Source: Eubacteriales bacterium OttesenSCG-928-K08
Lineage (GTDB): Bacteria; Bacillota; Clostridia; Christensenellales; CAG-138
Assembly (NCBI GenBank): GCA_030266105.1
Contig: JAJDHH010000002.1
Span: 6,396 to 70,395, forward strand
Direction: 5' to 3'
Length of the DNA: 64,000 nucleotides
The position numbers were made by a program, and so were the translations under genes. This document shows, piece by piece, positions 37,265 through 48,906 of the stretch. The stretch's first letter is position 1, and every line of letters begins with the position of its first letter. The notes under the pieces were generated by a model. The model had not been told where the DNA came from and searched no databases. It saw only the letters and a program-made list of their open reading frames with translations.

Positions 37265-38392
37265 ATGGTTACCATAACCGAAGCAATAACAAAAAAAGAC
37301 CTGAAGCGCTTTATTAAGTTTGCCAATGAGCTTTACGAGGGCAATCCATATTATGTGCCGGATATGCTCGATAGCCAGGTGAACGATTTTGTGCGGGATA
37401 AAAACCCGGCATATGAGTATTGTGATACGAAGTGCTTTTTAGCATGGCGGCAGGAAAAAATCGTGGGGCGTATTGCCGCCATTCATAACAGGACGGCAAA
37501 CGAAAAATATCAGCGTAACCAGATGCGCTTCTGGCACATGGATTTTATCGATGATGTTGAGGTTGTGGATGCGCTTTTTGGCGCGGTTGAAGCCTGGGCA
37601 AAGGAGCTGGGCTGCGAATCCGTGCATGGCCCGCTTGGCTTTTCGGATATGGATCGTGAGGGTATGCTCATTGAGGGTTTTGACCAGCTTTCTATGTTTA
37701 TCACATACTACAACCATCCGTATTATAAAGAGCACATGGAGCGCATGGGCTACCGCAAGGAGACCGATTGGCTTGAGTTTAAAATTGAGGTTGGTAAGGA
37801 TGATAAGCAGGGCCGAGAAAGATTGGACCGTTTGGCGACCGCTGTTGAAAGGCGATCCAAGCTACAAATCGTGCCGCTAAAAAACAAAAAGGAAATTCGC
37901 CCGCATGTGGAGGATGTTTTTGAGCTATATAACGAAGTGTATAACCTTTTTGGGATGATTCCGCTTACACCAAGCCAGGTGGAACGCTATGTTAACGAGT
38001 TCCTTCCGTTGATTGATGAGCGCACAACCACCATACTCAAGGATCAAGATGGCAAGGTCGTGGCCTTTGGTGTTGTTGCGCCTACGATCAGCCACGCCAT
38101 GCAAAAATGTAAGGGTAATATGCTCCCGTTTGGATGGTATCACATGCTCAAGGCGTTAAAGGGCAAAAACGATACTTTGGATATGTTCCTCATTGCCGTT
38201 CATCCGGATTGGCAGGGTAAGGGTGTAACCACAATCATGATAAACCGCATCGTAAAATTTGCTATGGAAAACGGCATCAGGTTCGCCGAAACCGGCCCTG
38301 AGCTTGAGAGCAACACAAATGTGCATGCGCAATGGAGGTTTTTTAATTACAAACAGCATAAGCGCAGGCGTTGCTATATTAAAGAGATTTAG
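37265..38392 (+). CDS. GNAT-fold N-acetyltransferase-like protein (~375 aa, uncharacterised family)
   Basis: ATG at 37265 lies 9 nt after GGGGAG. The C-terminal half has an acetyl-CoA-site-like segment AVHPDWQGKGVTTIMINRIV. The N-terminal KKDLKRFIKFANELYEGNPYYVP is typical of this family as I remember it. Confidence 0.65.
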   Translation: MVTITEAITKKDLKRFIKFANELYEGNPYYVPDMLDSQVNDFVRDKNPAYEYCDTKCFLAWRQEKIVGRIAAIHNRTANEKYQRNQMRFWHMDFIDDVEVVDALFGAVEAWAKELGCESVHGPLGFSDMDREGMLIEGFDQLSMFITYYNHPYYKEHMERMGYRKETDWLEFKIEVGKDDKQGRERLDRLATAVERRSKLQIVPLKNKKEIRPHVEDVFELYNEVYNLFGMIPLTPSQVERYVNEFLPLIDERTTTILKDQDGKVVAFGVVAPTISHAMQKCKGNMLPFGWYHMLKALKGKNDTLDMFLIAVHPDWQGKGVTTIMINRIVKFAMENGIRFAETGPELESNTNVHAQWRFFNYKQHKRRRCYIKEI

Positions 38393-38453
38393 TGCAACTC
38401 TCAACTTGTGCGGTGCTGTGGCCGCATAATTAATGCTTTGCAGGGGTGGTCAA

Positions 38454-38705
38454 ATGAGTGAGCTGTCGTCATTGCCAAACGTTGGCAAGGTGTTGGAAAA
38501 GAACCTTATAGCAGCAGGCATCACCACGGTGAGCGAGCTAAGGGAAATTGGAACAAAAGAGGCGTTCATCCGCATCCGGGCGATAGATAGCGGCGCATGT
38601 GTTCAAATGCTTTATGGCCTGCACGGCGCGGTTATTGGCGTGAATGATAAGGAGCTTCCCAAACAAATGAAGGAAGAGTTAAAACAGTTTTTTAAAAGCC
38701 TGTGA
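38454..38705 (+). CDS. TfoX C-terminal domain protein
   Basis: Start trimmed to MSELSSLPNVGKVLEKNLIAAGITTVSELREIG (helix-hairpin-helix-like TfoX_C pattern). Confidence 0.65.
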   Translation: MSELSSLPNVGKVLEKNLIAAGITTVSELREIGTKEAFIRIRAIDSGACVQMLYGLHGAVIGVNDKELPKQMKEELKQFFKSL

Positions 38706-38737
38706 ATATTTAAGGCGCATATCTTTTTTGAAACTTA

Positions 38738-38766
38738 GCAAGGCCGTATATACGGCCTTGCTTTTG
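38738..38766 (+). terminator. intrinsic terminator
   Basis: GCAAGGCCGTA / TACGGCCTTGC stem followed by TTTTG. Confidence 0.7.
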
Positions 38767-38799
38767 CAAAAGTATTTATCGAAAAACAATAAATTAATA

Positions 38800-38828
38800 T
38801 TGAAATTCAATATATATTGTGCTACAAT
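38800..38828 (+). promoter_or_regulatory. sigma-A promoter of the DUF2975-HTH-DUF4153 operon
   Basis: TTGAAA, 17-nt spacer, TACAAT, with TGC just upstream of the -10 (extended -10). Confidence 0.65.
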
Positions 38829-38860
38829 GAGAAAAACAATCAATTCAAGGAGCACTAATA

Positions 38861-39313
38861 ATGAAGCTGTCAGTTATCGATCGAATAACAGCAATTTTGC
38901 TCTGCATCACTTTTGTTGCAGGCTTCGCCTTCCTGTTTTTTATTCCACGGATCATTCCCATGATGTTTACGCCAAAGCCGATTCCGGCGCAGGGTTTTGC
39001 GCGCGCACTTTTCCTTGGCTGCTGGTATGTTGGCGTGCTTTGTGGGCTGAGCATAATTGTGGTGCTGCTAAAAATGATTAACAGCATAAAGGGGGATCCA
39101 TTTATTAAAGCAAACGTAAGGCGCCTGTGGTTGCTTGGGGTGCTTGCCCTTGTGATTGTTTTTGCCACAGGCTTTGCGTATTTTCTGAGCTTTAGGGTTT
39201 TGCTGCTGCTGTTAACCGTTGCCGAGCTTCTTTGCGCATTGTTTGCGTTTGTGTTGTGCGCAGTTTTTAAGCGGGCTGTGGAATACCGCGATGAAAATGC
39301 GCTTGTGATATAG
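38861..39313 (+). CDS. DUF2975-like four-TM membrane protein
   Basis: 150-aa polytopic protein with an AAGGAG SD. It immediately precedes a YozG-like HTH gene, the usual DUF2975 context. Confidence 0.65.
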   Translation: MKLSVIDRITAILLCITFVAGFAFLFFIPRIIPMMFTPKPIPAQGFARALFLGCWYVGVLCGLSIIVVLLKMINSIKGDPFIKANVRRLWLLGVLALVIVFATGFAYFLSFRVLLLLLTVAELLCALFAFVLCAVFKRAVEYRDENALVI

Positions 39314-39323
39314 GAGGGGCCTT

Positions 39324-39542
39324 GTGATTAAAGTAAACCTTGATATTATGATGGCCCGGAGAAAGATTGGCCTTTTGGAGCTGGCGCAGCTTATGGATAT
39401 TACGCCTGCCAACCTTTCAATACTAAAAAACAACAAGGGAAAGGCGATCCGCTTTTCCACGCTTGATGCTGCCTGCAAGGCGCTAAATTGCCAGCCGGGC
39501 GACCTGCTGGAATACACCGAGGAGGAAGATGGGCATGAGTGA
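39324..39542 (+). CDS. XRE/Cro-type HTH transcriptional regulator (YozG-like)
   Basis: IKVNLDIMMARRKIGLLELAQLMDITPANLSILKNNKGKAIRFSTLDAACKALNCQPGDLLEY is the YozG-family pattern. GTG start after TAGGAGGGG. Confidence 0.85.
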   Translation: MIKVNLDIMMARRKIGLLELAQLMDITPANLSILKNNKGKAIRFSTLDAACKALNCQPGDLLEYTEEEDGHE

Positions 39543-40836
39543 CCAAACAAACCTTTATCAAAACGAAGAAACATTAAATAAAATCATGGGGCAGCCAAAA
39601 GAGCTGCCCCATGTGTCAACACCCCAAAAGTGGCTGCTGCTGGGCGCGGCTTTGATTGGCATCGCCGTGCAAAACATGTTTATGCCGCCACAAAAAGCAG
39701 ATGCTGCGCAGTGGCTTTTCTGGTGCTATGCGGGAATTTGGCTGTGTTACCTTATTGTGCTGCATGTTTTTATAATCCGTGATGGCCGCTGGAAAATATA
39801 CGAGTGGGCGCTTGCAGGCTGCGCCGCGATTTTGTGCGTGATGATGGGCCTGCAGGCCGGAGGTTATAGCGACGATACGCTTGCTTTTTTGAACATAATC
39901 GCCATCCCTGCGATTTTAATGATGCACGCGCAGCTGATTGGCCGCCAGCCGCCAACGCAAAAGGAAAGCGCCTTGGTGCCGTGGTTTTTTTACGGCTTTA
40001 TTGTTCAGCCTTTTGTTAACATAGGCAAATTCTTTCGGGCAGCCGGTCAGCTGTTTCCTAAGGCAGCGGGTGATAAAAACAGGCGCCGCCTTGTGGTGGT
40101 TGGCATTGCAATTGCAATACCGTTGGTGGTAGCCGTGCTGGTTTTGCTTTTGCAGGCGGATGCAGTGATGCGCTTGTTTGCGCAGGAGCTGTTTGAACCT
40201 CTCGCTTGGCCAAAACTGTTTAGCCGGATTATTATAGCGCTGATTGCCGCGATGCTCTTTTACAGCTTTTTGCATGAGGTTCTCTGGCCAAAACCCAAAG
40301 ATTCCGGCGCGCAGCTGTTGGCAAAGGAGGCCGTATTTGAGCCGCTGGCGGCGTACATTGTGATCATCGCGCTGCTTGTTGTTTATGTGCTGTTTACGGT
40401 GATACAGTTTGTGTATTTGTTTGGCGGGCATGGTTTGCCCGAAGGGCTGACCTATTCCGAATACGCGGTGGATGGCTTTAGCCAGCTTATCTGGGTGGCG
40501 GCGATCAATCTGAGCGTGTTTGCGTTTTGCCTGAGCAAGGTTAAGCCGGGCAAGGCTTTAAGAATATTGCTGATCTGCCTGCTTGCGGCAACGGCAGTGA
40601 TACTAGCGTCGGCATTCACAAGGCTGTGCATGTATATTGGGGCATATAACCTTACGTTTAGGCGGGTTCAGGCATTTTGGTTTTTGTGCTACCTTAGCGC
40701 AACAATCGTGCTTTGCTGCGTGCGGCTTTTTAAGCAGAGGCTGCCGCTGCTGCGGGTGTGCGCGCTTGCGCTTGTGGGTTGGTACGTGGTGCTGAACATT
40801 GTTGATCTTAATGTGCTTTACACTTATGCATTTTAG
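39535..40836 (+). CDS. DUF4153/DUF4173-like polytopic membrane protein
   Basis: About 430 aa with many TM helices. Start set at the second ATG, 9 nt after GGAGG, overlapping the HTH gene end. Confidence 0.6.
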   Translation: MSDQTNLYQNEETLNKIMGQPKELPHVSTPQKWLLLGAALIGIAVQNMFMPPQKADAAQWLFWCYAGIWLCYLIVLHVFIIRDGRWKIYEWALAGCAAILCVMMGLQAGGYSDDTLAFLNIIAIPAILMMHAQLIGRQPPTQKESALVPWFFYGFIVQPFVNIGKFFRAAGQLFPKAAGDKNRRRLVVVGIAIAIPLVVAVLVLLLQADAVMRLFAQELFEPLAWPKLFSRIIIALIAAMLFYSFLHEVLWPKPKDSGAQLLAKEAVFEPLAAYIVIIALLVVYVLFTVIQFVYLFGGHGLPEGLTYSEYAVDGFSQLIWVAAINLSVFAFCLSKVKPGKALRILLICLLAATAVILASAFTRLCMYIGAYNLTFRRVQAFWFLCYLSATIVLCCVRLFKQRLPLLRVCALALVGWYVVLNIVDLNVLYTYAF

Positions 40837-40879
40837 TGTTGATAGCGGGTCTGGTGTTAACAAAAAAAATATGGTAACA

Positions 40880-40910
40880 TTCAAAAAAGTGGCTATGCCA
40901 CTTTTTTGAA
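40880..40910. terminator. bidirectional terminator hairpin, solo copy of the TCAAAAAAGTG...CACTTTTTTGA module
   Basis: TTCAAAAAAGTGGC TAT GCCACTTTTTTGAA is a perfect 14-bp palindrome. Its base is identical to the 3' hairpin base of the repeat elements. Confidence 0.65.
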
Positions 40911-40938
40911 TGCTAATGCACTAATTGGGGGAAGAATT

Positions 40939-41439
40939 ATGAAAACGAGGCAAATCGCGCAAAGCGCTGTGATTGCGGCTATTTATGTGCTGCTGACATG
41001 GGCAACGCTGCCGATTGGCTCAGGTCTCATTCAATGCAGGGTTGCTGAGGCTTTATGTGTGTTGCCCTGCTTTACGCCTGCGGCGATCCCCGGCCTTTTT
41101 GTGGGATGCCTCATTTCAAACATACTTTCCGGCGCGGTGCTTTATGATGTGCTGTTTGGCAGCCTGGCGACACTTGCTGCCGCGCTGCTTGCAAGATTGG
41201 TTGCAAAAAAGCTCAGCCCCAAGCTTTCGCTCTGGCTGGCCCCCCTTCCCGCAGTGCTTATTAACGCGCTGGTGGTGGGTATGGTTCTAGCCTACGCTTA
41301 TGGGTTGGCGCAGGAGGGTACGGCTGCTTATGTTTGCATATTGTCCGTGGGTGCGGGGCAGGTCGTTGCGTGCTATGGTTTAGGGGTTCCGCTGACGCTC
41401 CTTTTAAACCGTTATGGAAATAGCATCTTTCATTCATGA
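40939..41439 (+). CDS. queT: queuosine precursor transporter QueT (ECF S-component-like)
   Basis: Start trimmed to MKTRQIAQSAVIAAIYVLLTWATLPIGSGLIQCRVAEALCVLPCF, the QueT family pattern. 166 aa, 5-6 TM segments. Confidence 0.8.
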   Translation: MKTRQIAQSAVIAAIYVLLTWATLPIGSGLIQCRVAEALCVLPCFTPAAIPGLFVGCLISNILSGAVLYDVLFGSLATLAAALLARLVAKKLSPKLSLWLAPLPAVLINALVVGMVLAYAYGLAQEGTAAYVCILSVGAGQVVACYGLGVPLTLLLNRYGNSIFHS

Positions 41440-41477
41440 TAGTTATAGCTGGAGAGCTGAAGAATGAGGGGCATTCC

Positions 41478-41506
41478 TTGACACCCGGCTGGTGCGCAAC
41501 TATAAT
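41478..41506 (+). promoter_or_regulatory. consensus sigma-A promoter of the PFOR gene
   Basis: TTGACA, 17-nt spacer, TATAAT: perfect hexamers. The ~105-nt leader contains a TATGAAGGA/TCCTTCATA hairpin. Confidence 0.7.
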
Positions 41507-41589
41507 AAATATGGTTAAATTTTCGCATTTTTTGTTCCTATGAAGGAAATCCTGCATGGAAATCCTTCATAAAATATCCCAAAAAATAA

Positions 41590-45132
<3,543 letters not shown>

Positions 45133-45185
45133 TTGATTTTGCCAAAAATCGTTATATTTCAACCAAATTAAGCACAAAATTGCAA

Positions 45186-45215
45186 AAGAGGGCTGTCCAA
45201 AGCGGCAGCCCTCTT
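45186..45215 (+). terminator. possible terminator after nifJ
   Basis: AAGAGGGCTG / CAGCCCTCTT 10-bp stem. The downstream T-tract is poor (GTATACT). Confidence 0.4.
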
Positions 45216-45256
45216 GTATACTAGAGCAAGCAGCGAAACTCAAAGTGGGGGGTATT

Positions 45257-45961
45257 ATGGGTAACGTATTGATAGTTGTGGATATGCAGAACGATTTTAT
45301 GCTGGGCCCGCTCAGTACAAAAGAGGCGAGAAAAATTGTCCCTAACGTGGTGCGCAAGATTAAGGAGTTTGAGGGCAATATCATTTGCACAAAGGATACG
45401 CACCATGAAAACTACCTGCAAACGCAGGAGGGGAAGCTGCTGCCTGTGGAGCATTGCATCATTGGCACTGTGGGTCATGATCTTTGCGATGATCTAATAG
45501 AGCTTGAGCAATTGCAGCAGGCGCCTGTCTACATAAAAGAGACGTTTGCCTGTTTGGAGCTTGCGCAAATGCTTGCAAGCTACCTTGAGCCGGTGGATGA
45601 AGTTGAGCTGATTGGCGTATGCACGGATATTTGTGTGATCTCAAACGCGCTGCTGCTTAAGGCGATGCTCCCGGAAACGAAAATTGTTGTGGATGCATCG
45701 TGCTGCACGGGCGCAACGCCGGAGCTTCACCGGGCCGCGCTCGATGTTATGAAAAGCTGCCAGATAATAATACGCAATGATGAAGAAGAAGCGGACGAGC
45801 CCGCAGAGGATGTTAAAGAAGACGAAATTATAAACGATAGCGAATTTGTAATTAACGACAGGTTTTTAGGCGAAAAGGAGAATGCAAGCGACAGCCTGTA
45901 TTCAAGCAGTGAATTTTTAGGCGGAAACGAGCCTGAAAATGATGATGAGGATGCGGTTTAA
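45257..45961 (+). CDS. isochorismatase-family cysteine hydrolase (nicotinamidase-like) with acidic C-terminal tail
   Basis: ATG at 45257 after a G-rich SD. VVDMQNDF, the catalytic-Cys motif IGVCTDICV, and a ~75-aa Asp/Glu-rich tail. Confidence 0.8.
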   Translation: MGNVLIVVDMQNDFMLGPLSTKEARKIVPNVVRKIKEFEGNIICTKDTHHENYLQTQEGKLLPVEHCIIGTVGHDLCDDLIELEQLQQAPVYIKETFACLELAQMLASYLEPVDEVELIGVCTDICVISNALLLKAMLPETKIVVDASCCTGATPELHRAALDVMKSCQIIIRNDEEEADEPAEDVKEDEIINDSEFVINDRFLGEKENASDSLYSSSEFLGGNEPENDDEDAV

Positions 45962-46224
45962 TTAAGCATCTGTGCCTAAACAGTGCATCATTATTGCTCC
46001 TGCATATAAAAGTGAGAAACCATGCGGTGCAGAGTTTCGCGGCGTAAAAGAAAAAGCGCAGAAATAGCAGCGCTATTTTAAGATGTGAGAAACACAGTAA
46101 GGCGCGAAGGAACGTGCGGCAAATTTCTTAGTGTTAGGCGCGGGGGTAGTAACATAAAATAGGCAATAGTATTTGTTTGCCCGCCGGGTGTCGTTGCTGA
46201 ACAATCCGGTGGTTAGGAGCGCCG

Positions 46225-47376
46225 ATGGAAGTTAAAAAAAGGCATGAACCGATTTATCGTTTTTTTAGGGGCTTACTTAGTCCGCTTTTTAAACGCCTTT
46301 TGCGCTACTATGAATACGATGTGGTGGAGCCTACGCAAAACCCGACGATCATTTTGGCAAACCATGTCACCGATTTTGATCCGATGCTCATGAGCGTAAG
46401 CTTTCCTCAGCAGATGTATTTTGTAGCCAGCGAGCATATTTTGCGGCTGGGTTTAGTTTCGCGCATAATAAAATATCTCGCTGCGCCGATAGGCAGAACA
46501 AAGGGCAGGCGGGATGCTGTAACGGTTATGGAAGTGTTCCGCACGCTAAAAAAGGGCAAAAACGTGTGCGTTTTTGCTGAAGGCAACAGGACATTCACGG
46601 GCAAAACCTGTGAAGTTTTAGCGTCTACCGGGAAAATGGTGCGTGTGAGCGGAGCGGATTTAGTTACGTATAAGCTGACGGGCGGATATTTTAGCTCGCC
46701 CCGCTGGTCAAGATCGCTTAGAAAGGGTGCGATGACAGGACGGCTGATTGGCCGCTACACAGCAGCGCAGCTGCAGCTAATGAGCGCGCAAGAGGTAAAC
46801 GCGCTTATAGAAAAGGATCTTTATGAGGACGCCTACGCCCGCCAGGAAGAAGAACACATTGCCTTTAAGGGCAAAGACCTTGCGGAAAATATGGAGATCG
46901 CGCTATATATCTGCCCCAAATGTGAGCAGGTTAAAACGATGAAAAGCAAAGGGAACTTTTTTTCCTGCACCTGCGGTTACACTGTGGAGTATACGCAGTT
47001 TGGCGAGCTTGTTGGTGAAAATGTTATATTTAACTCAACAACGGACTGGGATGAATGGCAGCTAAAAAAACTGCCGGCCTTAATTGAAGAAGCGGGTGAA
47101 AAGCCCATTTGCTCCGACCAAAACCAGAGGATATATAAGGTGCAGCCTGCAAGCCGCAGCCAGCTTATTGAAGAAGGCGAGCTAAAAATATATCGTGATC
47201 GCCTTTGTTGCGGCAACAGCTCATTTTTAATTTCGGATATATCTGACATGGCGATATATGGAAGGATGACGCTTGCGTTTTCAACACTCGATGGCAACCA
47301 ATACGAAATCAAGTCCCCATTTCCACGCAGTGCGTGCATATATTTTGAGCTTTTTCAAATTTTAAAGAAGGGGTAA
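46225..47376 (+). CDS. PlsC-family lysophospholipid acyltransferase with C-terminal Cys4 ribbon-containing domain
   Basis: HxxxxD motif ANHVTDFDP and VFAEGNRT. The C-terminal half has CPKCEQ...CTCGY. Confidence 0.75.
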   Translation: MEVKKRHEPIYRFFRGLLSPLFKRLLRYYEYDVVEPTQNPTIILANHVTDFDPMLMSVSFPQQMYFVASEHILRLGLVSRIIKYLAAPIGRTKGRRDAVTVMEVFRTLKKGKNVCVFAEGNRTFTGKTCEVLASTGKMVRVSGADLVTYKLTGGYFSSPRWSRSLRKGAMTGRLIGRYTAAQLQLMSAQEVNALIEKDLYEDAYARQEEEHIAFKGKDLAENMEIALYICPKCEQVKTMKSKGNFFSCTCGYTVEYTQFGELVGENVIFNSTTDWDEWQLKKLPALIEEAGEKPICSDQNQRIYKVQPASRSQLIEEGELKIYRDRLCCGNSSFLISDISDMAIYGRMTLAFSTLDGNQYEIKSPFPRSACIYFELFQILKKG

Positions 47377-47380
47377 ATAA

Positions 47381-48772
47381 ATGGATTTTTCAAGCGCAAA
47401 CACCGCCCTTTGGGGCGTTGTAATTCAATTTGGTATTATTGCAGCAATTATTCTTTTAGCTAATCTTTTGCGCCGCAAAATCAAGGTTATCAAAAAAAGC
47501 CTCATGCCAACGGCTGTGTTGGGCGGTTTTTTGCTGCTGCTGCTGCGCACATCGGGCATAGTAAAGGTTGACCTTGAAATTTTGGAGATGATCACCTATC
47601 ATGGCATAGCGCTTGGGTTTATCGCAATGTCATTGCAGGTGCCCGATAAAAGCAAAAAATCGGGGTCGGATCGTTTGGCCGCGCCTAAAAGCGGAGCGCT
47701 TATTGTGAGCACATATCTTGTGCAGGGTATAATTGGCCTTATCATTTCGCTGCTGCTTGTTTATACGATTATGCCGGAATTTTTTGCCGCTGCAGGCGTG
47801 CTGCTGCCCATGGGTTATGGGCAGGGGCCCGGGCAGGCCAACAACGTTGGCTCCACATACGAAAGCCTGGGCTTTATGGGCGGAAGGTCGTTTGCGCTGT
47901 CTATCGCGGCGGCGGGTTACCTTAGCGCGTGCATAGTTGGCGTAATTTATATATTTGTGATGAATAAGCGGGGTAAAATTGTCGTAAAGGACCAGGGCGA
48001 TATTTCAGGCTCAGTCACTGTGGATACTTTTCAGGATAAGGACGAAATTCCGATTTCTGAATCGATCGATAAGCTATCCATGCAGGTGGCGCTTGTTGTA
48101 ATCGTATATTTCCTCACGTATCTTGTTACAAGAGGCTTAAGCGGCCTTGCAGGCGCCTTGGGCGAGGGATTATCCGTAACGGTGTCCTCGTTGCTGTGGG
48201 GCTTTAACTTTATAATTGGTTCGGTAATCGCCATTTTGGCGCGCACCGGCTTAAAGGGCCTTCGAAAGGCTAAGCTGATGACAAGGCAATACCAAAACAA
48301 TTATCTCCTGAGCAGAATATCGGGGCTGGCATTCGATTTGATGATTGTTGCCGGTGTAGCTTCGATCGAAATTTCGGATCTAAGCGGGCTGTGGCTGCCA
48401 TTTGTGCTGATGTCTGTTGCAGGCGCGATCATTACGCTGATCTATCTGGAATGGATTTGCAAAAGAATATATTCAGGCTACTATTACGAGGGGATGCTTT
48501 CCATGTATGGCATGATGACCGGCACAATCAGCTCCGGCGTGCTGCTGCTGCGTGAGATTGACCCCATGTTTGAGAGCCCTGCGGCGAACAATCTGATAAT
48601 TGGCAGCAGCATGGCTGTTGTGTTTGGCGTGCCAATGCTGCTTTTGATTGGCGTTGCGCCTGAGCAGCCGTTGCTCACACTCATTCTGATGGTTATATAT
48701 CTGGCGCTGCTGCTGTTGTTTATGCTAAAATTTCAAGGCAGAAAAACCAAAACCAGCAAAAGACTAAAATAG
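47381..48772 (+). CDS. sodium/glutamate symporter (GltS/ESS family)-like transporter
   Basis: 463-aa polytopic protein. The N-terminal pattern ...LLANLLRRKIKVIKKSLMPTAVLGGFLLLLL resembles the GltS family. Confidence 0.65.
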   Translation: MDFSSANTALWGVVIQFGIIAAIILLANLLRRKIKVIKKSLMPTAVLGGFLLLLLRTSGIVKVDLEILEMITYHGIALGFIAMSLQVPDKSKKSGSDRLAAPKSGALIVSTYLVQGIIGLIISLLLVYTIMPEFFAAAGVLLPMGYGQGPGQANNVGSTYESLGFMGGRSFALSIAAAGYLSACIVGVIYIFVMNKRGKIVVKDQGDISGSVTVDTFQDKDEIPISESIDKLSMQVALVVIVYFLTYLVTRGLSGLAGALGEGLSVTVSSLLWGFNFIIGSVIAILARTGLKGLRKAKLMTRQYQNNYLLSRISGLAFDLMIVAGVASIEISDLSGLWLPFVLMSVAGAIITLIYLEWICKRIYSGYYYEGMLSMYGMMTGTISSGVLLLREIDPMFESPAANNLIIGSSMAVVFGVPMLLLIGVAPEQPLLTLILMVIYLALLLLFMLKFQGRKTKTSKRLK

Positions 48773-48788
48773 AAAATGTTGTTTGCCT

Positions 48789-48820
48789 AAAAGTGCCGCG
48801 GCTTCAGCCGCGGCACTTTT
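48789..48820 (+). terminator. intrinsic terminator
   Basis: AAAAGTGCCGCGGC / GCCGCGGCACTTTT stem with a TTCA loop. Confidence 0.7.
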
Positions 48821-48906
48821 CAGATTCTACTTCACTGTTCACATTCCTAATGTTTGTGTTATAATACGCAGGCACGCCTTTTAGAGGCGGACAGGAGGCA
48901 ACTTTT

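Noticed and set aside
40837-40938. Possible preQ1-I riboswitch upstream of queT. GGGTCTGGTGTTAACAAAAAAAATATGG resembles the ...GGGUC...UUAACAAAACAAGG tail of known preQ1-I aptamers, and a terminator follows.
   Set aside because: I could not find the required 5-bp P1 helix. No CACCA-like partner exists for the CTGGTG segment, even allowing G-U pairs. The similarity is limited to an A-rich tail. It is worth a cmscan, but the sequence alone does not support it.
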